Assembly (NCBI GenBank): GCA_963815215.1 | Contig: CAWFFU010000011.1 | Location: 224,001-288,000 of the forward strand | Source of the DNA: an uncultured Trueperaceae bacterium | GTDB lineage: Bacteria > Deinococcota > Deinococci > Deinococcales > Trueperaceae | Length of the DNA stretch: 64,000 bases | Reading direction: 5' to 3' | Part shown: positions 45,198 through 54,515 of the stretch, in pieces | Layout of the letters: each line of letters starts with the position of its first letter | How positions within the stretch are numbered: the stretch's first letter is position 1 | Position numbers and translations under genes: made by a program | Notes under the pieces: generated by a model | What the model was told of the DNA's origin: nothing | The model's database searches: none | Seen by the model: the letters and a program-made list of their open reading frames with translations, nothing else

Positions 45198-45521
45198 ATG
45201 GAACGACGTCCTTGGGGCCTGGTCGCAGGCCTGGCCGTGCTGCTCGTGGTGGCGCTGGCGATGACCAATCCCGACAAGAAGGCCTTCGCGGCGGCCTACG
45301 CCGACCGCCTGAACAACCAGGTGGTGAGTGCGTCCGACCCCATCGGCCGGCTCCTGGGCGGGCTCACCCAGAACGCCATCGAAGCGGCGCTCGAAGCTCA
45401 GGCGCGGAGGCAGAACTACCTGGTGGCGAGCGTGTACACGGTGCCGATGGCCGGACCCGACCTGCGCGTGCTCGGCATCCTGGGCCACTTCGTCCCGCTC
45501 CAGACGCCGACCGCGCACTGA
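45198..45521 (+). CDS. DUF4359-like small membrane protein
   Basis: TM then TNP; R.NY..AS.Y; GILG.F; TATGCT box 7 nt upstream. Confidence 0.65.
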   Translation: MERRPWGLVAGLAVLLVVALAMTNPDKKAFAAAYADRLNNQVVSASDPIGRLLGGLTQNAIEAALEAQARRQNYLVASVYTVPMAGPDLRVLGILGHFVPLQTPTAH

Positions 45522-45757
45522 CGGCCGGGGCGCGGCTGCGGGCGCCGACGCCGGGCTCGAACCCAGCCCCCCTGGCGAGGACCGGTGGAGCACCGCGAAT
45601 GCCGCACTGGACGGCGCTTCGGCCACCACTCGTGGTTTGCGCGGGGGCCGCGCCGGGTGGTAGACTCGTGCGTTGGCCCGATGTCGGTTGACGCCGCTCC
45701 TGAGCCGTTTTCTGGAGCGCTTCCCGGTGCACGGGCGTGTCCACGAGGAGGCAACCC

Positions 45758-48226
45758 TTGAACGAAGGCCAGGTCGTTCCGGTCCAGATCACGGACGAGA
45801 TCAAGACGAGTTTCATCAACTACGCCATGTCCGTCATCGTCGACCGGGCCCTCCCGGATGTACGCGACGGACTGAAGCCCGTGCAACGACGCATCCTCTA
45901 CGCGATGCAGCGCATGGGGCTGTCCTCGGACCGGAAGCACTCCAAGAGCGCAGGCGTCGTGGGCGAGGTCATCGGTAAGTATCACCCGCACGGCGACATG
46001 GCGGTCTACGACGCCATGGTGCGCATGGCACAGCCCTGGAACCTGCGCTATCCGCTGGTCCACGGCCAGGGCAACTTCGGCTCCATCGACGGCGATCCGG
46101 CAGCGGCCTACCGCTACACCGAGGCGCGGCTGACACAGATCGCCGAGGCCATGCTGGCCGACATCGACAAGGAGACGGTGGACTTCCGCGAGAACTACGA
46201 CGGCACCACCGTGGAGCCCAACGTCATGCCCGCCGCCGTGCCCAATTTGCTGATCAACGGCGCATCGGGCATCGCCGTCGGCATGGCGACCAACCTGGCA
46301 CCGCACAACCTGGGAGAGATCGTCGACGGCCTGATCGCGATGATCGACGATCCGGCGGTCCCCAGCGAGCGATTGATGCAGCACGTCAAGGGGCCCGACT
46401 TCCCCACCGGCGGCATCATGGGCCGCGAAGGCATCCGGCAGGCCCTGGAGACGGGGCGCGCCAGCATCCGGGTGCGGGGCCGCGCGCGCATCGAGGAGCG
46501 CGGCAATCGACACTCGATCGTGGTGACCGAGATCCCCTACCAGGTCAACAAGACCTCCCTCATCCAGACCGTAGCGGGACTGGTGCGCGCCAAGAAGATC
46601 GAGGACATCGCGCAGCTCCGCGACGAGTCCGATCGCCAGGGCATGCGCATCGTCTTCGAGCTCAAGCGCGGAGTGGTCCCCGAGCTGGTGCTCAACCAGC
46701 TCTACAAGTTCACGCAGCTGCAGAGCACCTTCGCCGTGAACAACGTGGTCATCGTCGAGGGCTCGCCGAGGCTGCTGCCGCTGCGCGAGATGCTGCGGCT
46801 CTATCTGGAGCATCGCGCCGGCGTCGTGCGCCGCCGCAGCGAGTTCGAGCTGCGCAAGGCGCGCGAGCGGGCGCACATCCTCGAGGGCTACCTGATCGCG
46901 CTCGACAACCTCGATGCCATCATCGCGCTGATCCGCTCGTCGAAGGACGGGCCCGAGGCGCGCGCCGGCCTGATGCGCGAGTTCGGCCTCAGCGAGGTGC
47001 AGGCCCAGGCCGTGCTCGACATGCGCCTGCAGCGCCTGACCGGGCTCGAGCGCGACCGCATCCAGGAGGAGTACCGCGACCTGCTCGAGGAGATCGCTCG
47101 CCTGGAGCTCATCCTCGCCGAGAAGGAGGAGCTCTGGCGCGTCATCCGCGGCGAGCTGCTCGACGTCAAGGGGCGCTTCGGCGACGTGCGCCGCACCGCC
47201 ATCGCGGACCTCTCCGACGACATCTCCAAGGAGGACCTGATCGCCGAAGAGAACGTGGTGGTCACGCTGACGCGCGGCGGGTACATCAAGCGCACGCCCA
47301 TCACCAGCTACCGCGCGCAGGCACGCGGCGGGCGCGGCGTCTCGGCTCAGCGAGCCAAGGAGGACGACGTCAACTCGCTGCTGCTGGTGGGCTCCACGCA
47401 CGACTTCCTGCTGTTCTTCAGCGACCGGGGGCGTGTCTACCGCGAGAAGATCTACGACCTCCCCGAGGCCGAGCGCGGCGCCCGCGGCAACCACATCCGG
47501 AACATCCTGCCGTTGGAGGAAGGCGAGGTGGTGCAGACGGTGCTGGCGCTCAAGGCGTTCGACATCGCGGGCTACTTCGTCTTCGCCACCCGGCAGGGGC
47601 TCATCAAGCGCACCGCCATCCGCGAGTACGGCAACATCAACAGCTCCGGCCTCATCGCCGTCAACCTGGTCGATGGGGACGCGCTGGTCTCGGTGCGTAT
47701 CACCGACGGCCACGCCGACATCGTGCTCGGCACCCGCGGCGGTCACTCGATCCGCTTCGCCGAGGAGGACGTTCGCGAGACCGGTCGCGCCACCCAGGGC
47801 GTCATCGGCATCCGCCTCAAGGCCGACGACCGGGTGGTCAGCCTGGCGGCCATCTCCGACGGCGAAAAGGAGACCGCGGAGCTGCTCAGCGTTACCGAAC
47901 GCGGGTTCGGCAAGCGCACCGGCCTCTCCGACTACCCGCTGCAGGGACGCGGGGGCCAGGGCGTGATCACCCACAAGCTCACCGACCGCACCGGCGCCCT
48001 CGTGAGCCTCAGCCACGTGGTCGGTGAAGAGGAGCTGTTCGTGCTCTCGCAGGGGGGCATCCTGATCCGCACCAAGGTCGACCAGGTCAGCAGTTACGGG
48101 CGCTCCTCGCAGGGTGTCACCATCATGCGGCTGGGCGCGGGCGACGTGGTGGTAGCGGCCCTCGTCATGCCCGACGAGGAGGATCTGGAGCGGGGGATGG
48201 ACGAGCGCAAGGGCACCAAGGCGTGA
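45758..48226 (+). CDS. gyrA: DNA gyrase subunit A
   Basis: [28 protein letters not shown], GyrA-box QARGGRG; TTG start after SD GAGGAGG. Confidence 0.96.
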   Translation: MNEGQVVPVQITDEIKTSFINYAMSVIVDRALPDVRDGLKPVQRRILYAMQRMGLSSDRKHSKSAGVVGEVIGKYHPHGDMAVYDAMVRMAQPWNLRYPLVHGQGNFGSIDGDPAAAYRYTEARLTQIAEAMLADIDKETVDFRENYDGTTVEPNVMPAAVPNLLINGASGIAVGMATNLAPHNLGEIVDGLIAMIDDPAVPSERLMQHVKGPDFPTGGIMGREGIRQALETGRASIRVRGRARIEERGNRHSIVVTEIPYQVNKTSLIQTVAGLVRAKKIEDIAQLRDESDRQGMRIVFELKRGVVPELVLNQLYKFTQLQSTFAVNNVVIVEGSPRLLPLREMLRLYLEHRAGVVRRRSEFELRKARERAHILEGYLIALDNLDAIIALIRSSKDGPEARAGLMREFGLSEVQAQAVLDMRLQRLTGLERDRIQEEYRDLLEEIARLELILAEKEELWRVIRGELLDVKGRFGDVRRTAIADLSDDISKEDLIAEENVVVTLTRGGYIKRTPITSYRAQARGGRGVSAQRAKEDDVNSLLLVGSTHDFLLFFSDRGRVYREKIYDLPEAERGARGNHIRNILPLEEGEVVQTVLALKAFDIAGYFVFATRQGLIKRTAIREYGNINSSGLIAVNLVDGDALVSVRITDGHADIVLGTRGGHSIRFAEEDVRETGRATQGVIGIRLKADDRVVSLAAISDGEKETAELLSVTERGFGKRTGLSDYPLQGRGGQGVITHKLTDRTGALVSLSHVVGEEELFVLSQGGILIRTKVDQVSSYGRSSQGVTIMRLGAGDVVVAALVMPDEEDLERGMDERKGTKA

Positions 48227-49182
48227 GCGCGACGGAGGGCTCGGCCGCCGCGTCCTCCAGACCGGCGGTGCTGCTCGACTGCGATCCCGGGCACGACGAT
48301 GCGTTGGCGATCCTTCTGGCCGGAGCGACCACCGAGCTCGTCGGGGTGACGGCGGTGAGCGGCAACGCGCCCCTCGATCGCACGCTGCACAACGCCCTGG
48401 TGGTGATCCAGATCGCGGGGCTCGACGTGCCGGTGCACGCCGGCGCGACGCGGCCGCTGGTGGCCGAGCCCCGGCACGCCGCCTTCATCCACGGGAAGAG
48501 CGGTATGGACGGCCCGACCCTACCGCCTCTCGAGCGGCAGCCCGCGGCGGGCTCGGCGGTGCGTTTCTTGCTGGAATCCGCCGAAGCTCGGGACGGCCTG
48601 TGGCTGGTGGCCACCGGACCCCTCACCAACGTGGCGCTCGCTCTGCTCGAGGACCCCGGGCTGGCGCAGCGCCTGCGAGGCATCAGCCTGATGGGCGGGA
48701 GCTACGGACCCGGCAACGTCACCGCCACCGGCGAGTACAACATCGTGGCCGATCCCGAAGCCGCCGCGGTGGTGTTCGCGTCGGGGGCGCGGTTGGTGAT
48801 GGCGGGCCTCGACCTCACGCACCGCTTCCGCATGGGGCCGCCCCGCGTGGCCGCGCTCCGCGCGCTCGGCAACGGCCCCGCGACCTTCGCAGCCGAGCTC
48901 CTGGAGGCCTATGGCGCCGCCTACGCGCGCAGCTTCGGTCCGGAGGTCGGAGTCCCCCTCCACGATCCCTGCGCAGTGCTGGCCGTGACGCACCCCGGGC
49001 TGTTCGCCTCCGAGCAGCGCCATGTCGAGGTCGAGCTCGCGGGCCGGCTCACGCGCGGCATGACTGTGGTCGACCGGCGCGGGGGCGGCAGGGGCGGCCA
49101 GCCCAACACCACGGTGCTCACCGATGTCGACGACGACCGTGCCTTCGAGGCGTTGCGCGACGCGCTCGCGGGCTATCGCTGA
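48223..49182 (+). CDS. Nucleoside hydrolase (IUNH family)
   Basis: [29 protein letters not shown]. Confidence 0.92.
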   Translation: MSATEGSAAASSRPAVLLDCDPGHDDALAILLAGATTELVGVTAVSGNAPLDRTLHNALVVIQIAGLDVPVHAGATRPLVAEPRHAAFIHGKSGMDGPTLPPLERQPAAGSAVRFLLESAEARDGLWLVATGPLTNVALALLEDPGLAQRLRGISLMGGSYGPGNVTATGEYNIVADPEAAAVVFASGARLVMAGLDLTHRFRMGPPRVAALRALGNGPATFAAELLEAYGAAYARSFGPEVGVPLHDPCAVLAVTHPGLFASEQRHVEVELAGRLTRGMTVVDRRGGGRGGQPNTTVLTDVDDDRAFEALRDALAGYR

Positions 49183-49239
49183 GGTGCACGGTGTGATGCG
49201 GCTTGTGTACAGTGGCGGGAGAGGCCCGGGCAGAGAGCC

Positions 49240-49920
49240 ATGATCCAGTTCCACCACGTCACCAAGACCTATCCGCGGACGCACACGCATGCCCTCAGAG
49301 ACGTCGATTTCGGGGTCCGGAAGGGCGAGTTCGCGTACATCACCGGGCACTCCGGCGCCGGCAAGTCGACGCTGCTGGCCCTGTTGCTCCGTCGCATCAC
49401 CCCCACCGAAGGGCAGGTCTACGTCGCCGGTCAGGACGTCACCCGGTTGCGCGAGGGCCGGCTGCCCCACCTGCGGCGGAGCATCGGGATGGTCTTCCAG
49501 GATCACCGCCTGCTCGGCCACCTGTCGGCGTTGGAGAACCTGACGTTCGCCCTGCGCGCCACCGGCAACCGCGGCAACATGGAGCAGCGGGCCCTGCTGG
49601 CGTTGCGCCAGGTCGGTCTGGCGCACAAGCGCAAGGCGTTCCCCATCGAGCTGAGTCTGGGGGAGCAGCAGCGCGTCGCGATCGCCCGCGCCATGGTGAC
49701 CAGCCCGGCCCTGCTGCTGGCCGACGAGCCCACCGGAAACCTCGACCCCGACACCGCCATGGAGGTCGTCGAGCTCCTCAACGACGTGAACATCAAGGGA
49801 ACCACCGTGATCGTCGCCACCCACTCGCGTGACCTGGTCGACCGCTTCAAGCGCCGCACGCTGGTGCTGCGTAACGGCGAGCTGGTCCGCGACGACGATC
49901 GCGGTGGCTACTCGCTCTAG
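49240..49920 (+). CDS. ftsE: Cell division ATP-binding protein FtsE
   Basis: GHSGAGKST, LRRSIGMVFQD.RLL, ADEPTGNLDP, GTTVIVATH. Confidence 0.88.
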   Translation: MIQFHHVTKTYPRTHTHALRDVDFGVRKGEFAYITGHSGAGKSTLLALLLRRITPTEGQVYVAGQDVTRLREGRLPHLRRSIGMVFQDHRLLGHLSALENLTFALRATGNRGNMEQRALLALRQVGLAHKRKAFPIELSLGEQQRVAIARAMVTSPALLLADEPTGNLDPDTAMEVVELLNDVNIKGTTVIVATHSRDLVDRFKRRTLVLRNGELVRDDDRGGYSL

Positions 49921-49964
49921 CCAGATGGTCCCGCGCAGCTTGGGCCCCGACGGATCGAGCCGGG

Positions 49965-50714
49965 TCAGAGGGTGGTGACGGAGTAGTCGAGTCGCTCCTC
50001 GGACAGGATCATCTCCAGGAACTGGAGCTGGCCGAGGGCGTCGATCATCGCGAAGCCGTGGTCCTTGTCGATATAGATGCCGTCCTTCATGACGGTGTGG
50101 CCGTACACGCCGAAGCGGTGGCCCGCCTGCTGCACCAGCTCCGGCTTGTTGAACCACCAGGTCTTGGTGTCCCCGTCGTGATAGAAGAAATCGTCGAAGT
50201 ACTGCATGCCCGGGAGCGGCCCGGCGTGGGCGAAATGCACGCCGAAGAACACACGCTCGCGCGCGAAGGACCTGAACCAAGCGACCAGGTCGTCGGGCAG
50301 CGCTACACCGCCCAGCTCGGGGTTGAACTCGTCGTGACGCAACCCACCGCGAGTGGTGATCTCGTAGTTGTGCTCGACGGCCACTTCGTCGTGGTTGCCC
50401 AGGATGATGGTGACGTTGCCCCTGGCCTGGTCCACGAAACGCTTGAAGCGGTAGAGTTCGCGGATCTGCGCCTTCGCGGCGCGCCGCAGGTGGTCGGGAT
50501 TGCCGGGATCGTACGGCTCGACGCCGACGGCGTTGGCATAGGCGCGCTCGTCCTTGTAATGCACGAGGTCACCCACGCACACCACCTGGTAGCGGCCCTC
50601 GATCACGGCCGACGTAGGCTCGTAGGTGGGCGTGCACGCCGCCGACGCCTTGAGCACGCGCCACAGCTCCGGCCACTGCCCATGCACGTCGCCCATCGCG
50701 ATGACCTTGATCAC
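49965..50714 (-). CDS. PPP/ApaH-like metallophosphoesterase
   Basis: GDVHG, GDLVH, GNHDE, HAG, GHT; GTGA-coupled to the upstream gene. Confidence 0.85.
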   Translation of the reverse strand: MIKVIAMGDVHGQWPELWRVLKASAACTPTYEPTSAVIEGRYQVVCVGDLVHYKDERAYANAVGVEPYDPGNPDHLRRAAKAQIRELYRFKRFVDQARGNVTIILGNHDEVAVEHNYEITTRGGLRHDEFNPELGGVALPDDLVAWFRSFARERVFFGVHFAHAGPLPGMQYFDDFFYHDGDTKTWWFNKPELVQQAGHRFGVYGHTVMKDGIYIDKDHGFAMIDALGQLQFLEMILSEERLDYSVTTL

Positions 50715-51520
50715 GGGGCTGCGCCTCTGTCCAGCAACAGCTCGCGGAGCCTTCGGTAGAGTTCGCGGGCCTCCTCCGGGCTGCGACCGTATCCGCCGTG
50801 CTCGACGACCAGGGTGGCCGCCTCACGGCCGAGCCCTTCCGCCCTCAGGCGCTCGACGAGGCGCTCGATCACCTGCTGGCCCTCGCTGCGGCCCGGGCCC
50901 GTTTCGGGCGCCGGAGCCGAGCCCGGCCGCGGATCGGATGCCGCGACCGCCCCGCCGGGGACGTCTTCGGCGGGGACGTCCTCGGCGGGGACGTCCTCGA
51001 TACCATCGCTCTCCACACCACCGATCCCCACACCACCCGTCTCCACGCCACCGTCCTCGCGCTGGCCGTCATCGTACCGGCCGATCTCGCGATCGACCGC
51101 ATGACCGTCCTCGACACCGATCTCAGGCACCACCACGGGTTCCCCTGTTTCGAAGTCGAAGTCGACCCAGGCGCCACGCTCGCTCGGCGGCCGCATCCCG
51201 CACAGGCTCGCCGCCCTGCCCAACGCCCAGGCGCACACCCGCTCCACGGCGAGCTGCCCGCCGAACGAGCGGGCCACTCCGGTCTTGTGAACACCGAGCA
51301 GCTCGAGCTCGCACACCACCGCGTCCGGCCCCAGCGGCACCAGTCGCGTGGACCATCCTTCGACACCGAGCACCTGGTTCAAACGCTCCACCACGGCCGG
51401 CCCGCTCACCACCGGCTCCAGACGCGCGGTGCTGCCCTCTCGATCGAGCTGGGCGACGCACCAGTCGAGGGCGTGGGCGGGGAACGGTAGCGAGAGTCGA
51501 GCCCATTCGTCGCGCCGCAT
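50711..51520 (-). CDS. Rad52/Rad22-family DdrA-like DNA repair protein
   Basis: L..PFP...L.W, V.ERLN.V.G..GW, C.L..LGV.K; C-terminal LVERLRAEGLG..A..GGYG..PEE...LY; TATACT box 6 nt upstream. Confidence 0.75.
   Translation of the reverse strand: MRRDEWARLSLPFPAHALDWCVAQLDREGSTARLEPVVSGPAVVERLNQVLGVEGWSTRLVPLGPDAVVCELELLGVHKTGVARSFGGQLAVERVCAWALGRAASLCGMRPPSERGAWVDFDFETGEPVVVPEIGVEDGHAVDREIGRYDDGQREDGGVETGGVGIGGVESDGIEDVPAEDVPAEDVPGGAVAASDPRPGSAPAPETGPGRSEGQQVIERLVERLRAEGLGREAATLVVEHGGYGRSPEEARELYRRLRELLLDRGAAP
50957..51052. repeat. 15-bp coding repeats (EDVPA x3; GGVxx x3)
   Basis: GGGGACGTCYTCGGC units in the linker of the DdrA-like protein. Confidence 0.8.
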
Positions 51521-51689
51521 CAGCGCAGTATATCAGCGCCGCCGCCACGCTCAGGATGAGGTTTTCCTCGTCCCGAAGGGCCCCGGGGCGATCATCGGAG
51601 GAGCCGCCGGGGAACGCCGTCCAACGGCCCGTGCGGTAAGCTGGGGGCATGCACAAGTGCCTCGCTCGACGCGCAGCGGACGTGTGGAC

Positions 51690-51860
51690 CCCTGTGACGG
51701 GGAGTCGCGTGAGCGCGAACCTGTGAGCGCAGACCCGTGAACGCAGAGCTGTGAGTGGGAACCTGTGAGTGGGACCTGTGAGCGGAGACCCGTGAACGAA
51801 CTCGTGAACGAACCCGTGAACGAACCCTTGGACGACACTGGGGGTGGACCTGTGACCCGA
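51690..51860 (+). repeat. Degenerate 12-15-nt tandem array, core ACCYGTGA
   Basis: GTGA at 51694, 51709, 51723, 51737, 51751, 51765, 51778, 51792, 51804, 51816 and 51852. Confidence 0.9.
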
Positions 51861-51979
51861 CCCGAGAACAGACCGGCGCGCAACCTTGCGAGTGGACCCG
51901 AAGGTGGCACCGTGACGACCCCGCTCGCACGGACGTACGCTCGTGGCGGTTCCGCCCGACGCGCCTTACGCTCCCGATC

Positions 51980-54511
51980 GTGCTCATCGCGCTTCTCGGG
52001 CTGACCCTGGCGCCCGCCTTCGCGCAAGGTACCCCGGCCCAGCCGAGCCCCAACCCGCCCTCCCCCACCGTCACGCTGAGCGGGAACGTGCTCCGCTCCG
52101 GCGCAACGGTCGCCCTCGACGGCAGCGGCTTGCAGGCGGACACCGCCTACACGGTCACGGTCACCTCGCCCGACGGTTCCAGCGAACCGACCACGGTGCG
52201 CTCGGACGGCTCGGGAACGGTGCACTTCGAGCGCGTCCTGAAGCAGGCAGGAAGCTGGACCCTGCGGCTGAGAGGGCCGGGCATCGACGCGCCGCTCTCG
52301 GTCGAGGTATCGCAGCAACCCGACGGCGGATCGAGCTCCGGCACACCCAGCACGCCGGCGCAGCCGAGCGCCCCGACGCCCCAGTCGCCCACGCCCCAGT
52401 CGCCCGCACCGCAAACGCCCGCACCGCAAACGCCTACACCGCAGGCCCCCGACACGCAGGCCCCGGCGCAGACGCCCGACGCGGGCACCCTCGGCCTCGC
52501 CATCGAGCAGGGCAGCCTGATCGCCCGGCGCGCCGGGCAGGAGGTGTGGCACCTCGGCTTCGCCGCCGGCAGTGGTGACACCGCGGGCGTGCTCGAAGCC
52601 AACGGCAACGTCTACCTTGGCCACGGCAACAGCGTGCTCGTGCTCGATCCCGCGAACGGCCGGGTGAGGCAGCGCTTCGCGGTCCCCACTCAGGTGACGG
52701 CGCTCGCCGCCGGCGCGGCCGGAGTATCGGTGACGGTCACCTTCCGGAGCGGCACCCAGCAGACGCTCGAGCTCGATCCAGGCGGCATCCGCGGCACCGT
52801 GCGCTTCGGCTCCGATCCCGCCATGTTCGCCTGGCTGCACAACGAGGCCGTCATCGCCGACCCGGCCACGCGCCTCGAGCAGGACCCGACCAACCCCTGG
52901 CTGTACGTGGCCGTTGCCCAGCAGAACGCCGACGTCCAGGCAGCCGCCGCCGACTACCAGCGTGCACTGGCCCACGCCACGACCTTCTACGAGCGGGCTC
53001 AGCTCGCGCGCGTGTTCTATCGCGCGGGCCAGACCGACCTCGCCGGGCAGGCCATGGACGGCGCGCTGCGCGACTTCGTGGATCGCGGCTACGCCGCCGA
53101 GCTGCTGACCGATCCGCAGCTTCGTGAGGCCTACGGCTTCGCCCTGCCCGAGCTCGTTGGTGCAGTGCAGCACGGTGATCTCCAAGCCGCCGCCTTCTGG
53201 GCGCCCTGGGCGTATCGCATGAGCACGCCGGCCGTGCCGGCCACCCAGGCCGCCCTGCTCGACTACAGCCGTGCCCTGCGCTCCGACGGGCAACGCAGCG
53301 AGGCTTCGCTGTGGCGCGCGCGCGCTCACGAGGGCAACGGGTTCAGCCTGGGACGCGCCCTCGACCGGGCCGCCCTCGACCTGGGGCGGGCCGGTTGGTA
53401 CGGAGTGGCGGCGCTGCTGGTGGCGATGCTCTTCCTGCACTTCACCCTGATCGCGAAGTACTGGCGCCCGCAGAGTCTGGCCATGAAGCAGCGCAAGGAG
53501 GCCGGTCGCGGCATCGGCCGCGTCCCCAGGCTGTTCGCCATCCGTTACTACAGCTTCACGGAGAAGCTGGTGCTGGTGCTGATGTTCGCGGCCGTGCTGG
53601 CGCTGGCAAGCCTGGCCGGCTGGGCCGATCGCGGGGACCGACTGCCGCCGTCGTGGCGGACCGGGACCCTTGCCGCCGTGCCCGCGCGCGACGCTATGGC
53701 GACCGCCCTGGGAACGGGGACGGTCGCGGACTTCGTGCGCGGCTACGGAGCTCAAGTGGCGGGGGACGGGACCGCGGCTGCTGCGGCCTACCAGGCAGCC
53801 GGCGCCTACGCTCCCGCTCTGAACAACCTCGGTGCCCTGCAGGGCACGGACGCCCTCTACCAGCAGGCGCTCGACGCGGCTCGCGACCTGCCCGCGGCGC
53901 TCTTCAACCTCGGCCGCGGCACCGACCCCTCACAGCTGCATGCCAACTACGCCGCCAACGCGCCGCTGTTGGCAGTGCCGAGCGAATCGGTGCTGCGTTC
54001 GGCCGTCGCCGGTCAGTTCCAGGACGCGCTCGGCGCGGCGTTCACCAACCCCTGGGCGGAGCTGACGGGCTTCAACCCGCTGGCGACCCCGCTGTGGCTG
54101 TGGGACGCCTTCGTGGTGCTCTTCCTGGCGTGGGCGGCGGTCACCGTCATCTACCTGGTGATCCCCGGACCGCGCCTGGCGCGCAACGCGCCACGCACCG
54201 CGGCCTACCATCTGCTGGCTCTGCTCATCCCCGGCAGCGGCCTCAGCGACGAGCTGTGGGGCGTGCTGCTGCTGGTGCCGTGGGCGATCTTCGGCATCGA
54301 CACCCTGCTCCACTTCCTTGCGCTCGGTGCGCCCGCCGGCATCCCCCTCGCCACGGACTACACCGCGCTGGCGGTGATCTACGCCCTGAACATCGTCTCC
54401 TTCGTGGTGGAGCTCACCTCCTACCGTCGCCGCATGGCGACATTGCGCCGCTCCCACCCGGAGACGGCGCGGGCCTACGGCATGCGGGTGCCCGAGCGTC
54501 CCGCGGAGTGA
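51980..54511 (+). CDS. Large secreted/membrane protein (Ig-like domain, PQT linker, TPR-like helices, multiple TM)
   Basis: Signal peptide AFA-Q; 15-bp PxPQx repeats near 52370-52475; ALNNLG; C-terminal TMs; start uncertain. Confidence 0.75.
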   Translation: MLIALLGLTLAPAFAQGTPAQPSPNPPSPTVTLSGNVLRSGATVALDGSGLQADTAYTVTVTSPDGSSEPTTVRSDGSGTVHFERVLKQAGSWTLRLRGPGIDAPLSVEVSQQPDGGSSSGTPSTPAQPSAPTPQSPTPQSPAPQTPAPQTPTPQAPDTQAPAQTPDAGTLGLAIEQGSLIARRAGQEVWHLGFAAGSGDTAGVLEANGNVYLGHGNSVLVLDPANGRVRQRFAVPTQVTALAAGAAGVSVTVTFRSGTQQTLELDPGGIRGTVRFGSDPAMFAWLHNEAVIADPATRLEQDPTNPWLYVAVAQQNADVQAAAADYQRALAHATTFYERAQLARVFYRAGQTDLAGQAMDGALRDFVDRGYAAELLTDPQLREAYGFALPELVGAVQHGDLQAAAFWAPWAYRMSTPAVPATQAALLDYSRALRSDGQRSEASLWRARAHEGNGFSLGRALDRAALDLGRAGWYGVAALLVAMLFLHFTLIAKYWRPQSLAMKQRKEAGRGIGRVPRLFAIRYYSFTEKLVLVLMFAAVLALASLAGWADRGDRLPPSWRTGTLAAVPARDAMATALGTGTVADFVRGYGAQVAGDGTAAAAAYQAAGAYAPALNNLGALQGTDALYQQALDAARDLPAALFNLGRGTDPSQLHANYAANAPLLAVPSESVLRSAVAGQFQDALGAAFTNPWAELTGFNPLATPLWLWDAFVVLFLAWAAVTVIYLVIPGPRLARNAPRTAAYHLLALLIPGSGLSDELWGVLLLVPWAIFGIDTLLHFLALGAPAGIPLATDYTALAVIYALNIVSFVVELTSYRRRMATLRRSHPETARAYGMRVPERPAE

Positions 54512-54515
54512 GCGT

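Noticed and set aside
45661..45757. RDRM box or coupled uORF upstream of gyrA
   Set aside because: No AT-rich RDRM-like palindrome seen; the TTG 45673 frame does not stop at the gyrA start, a counter-example to the coupling pattern
45416..48016. 866-aa antisense ORF over gyrA, and similar long shadow ORFs (51551-53755, 55201-57348, 17750-19597, 24767-26464)
   Set aside because: Expected stop-poor shadow frames of high-GC genes; no recognisable motifs
49196..49243. 15-aa ORF ending at the ftsE ATGA
   Set aside because: Its start is neither leaderless nor overlapping the upstream gene's stop; consistent with chance
49240..49920. ftsE without adjacent ftsX as a novel system
   Set aside because: ftsX may lie elsewhere in the genome; cannot be judged from this window
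51690..51860. CRISPR array
   Set aside because: Units are only 12-15 nt, degenerate and lack unique spacers; no cas genes in the window
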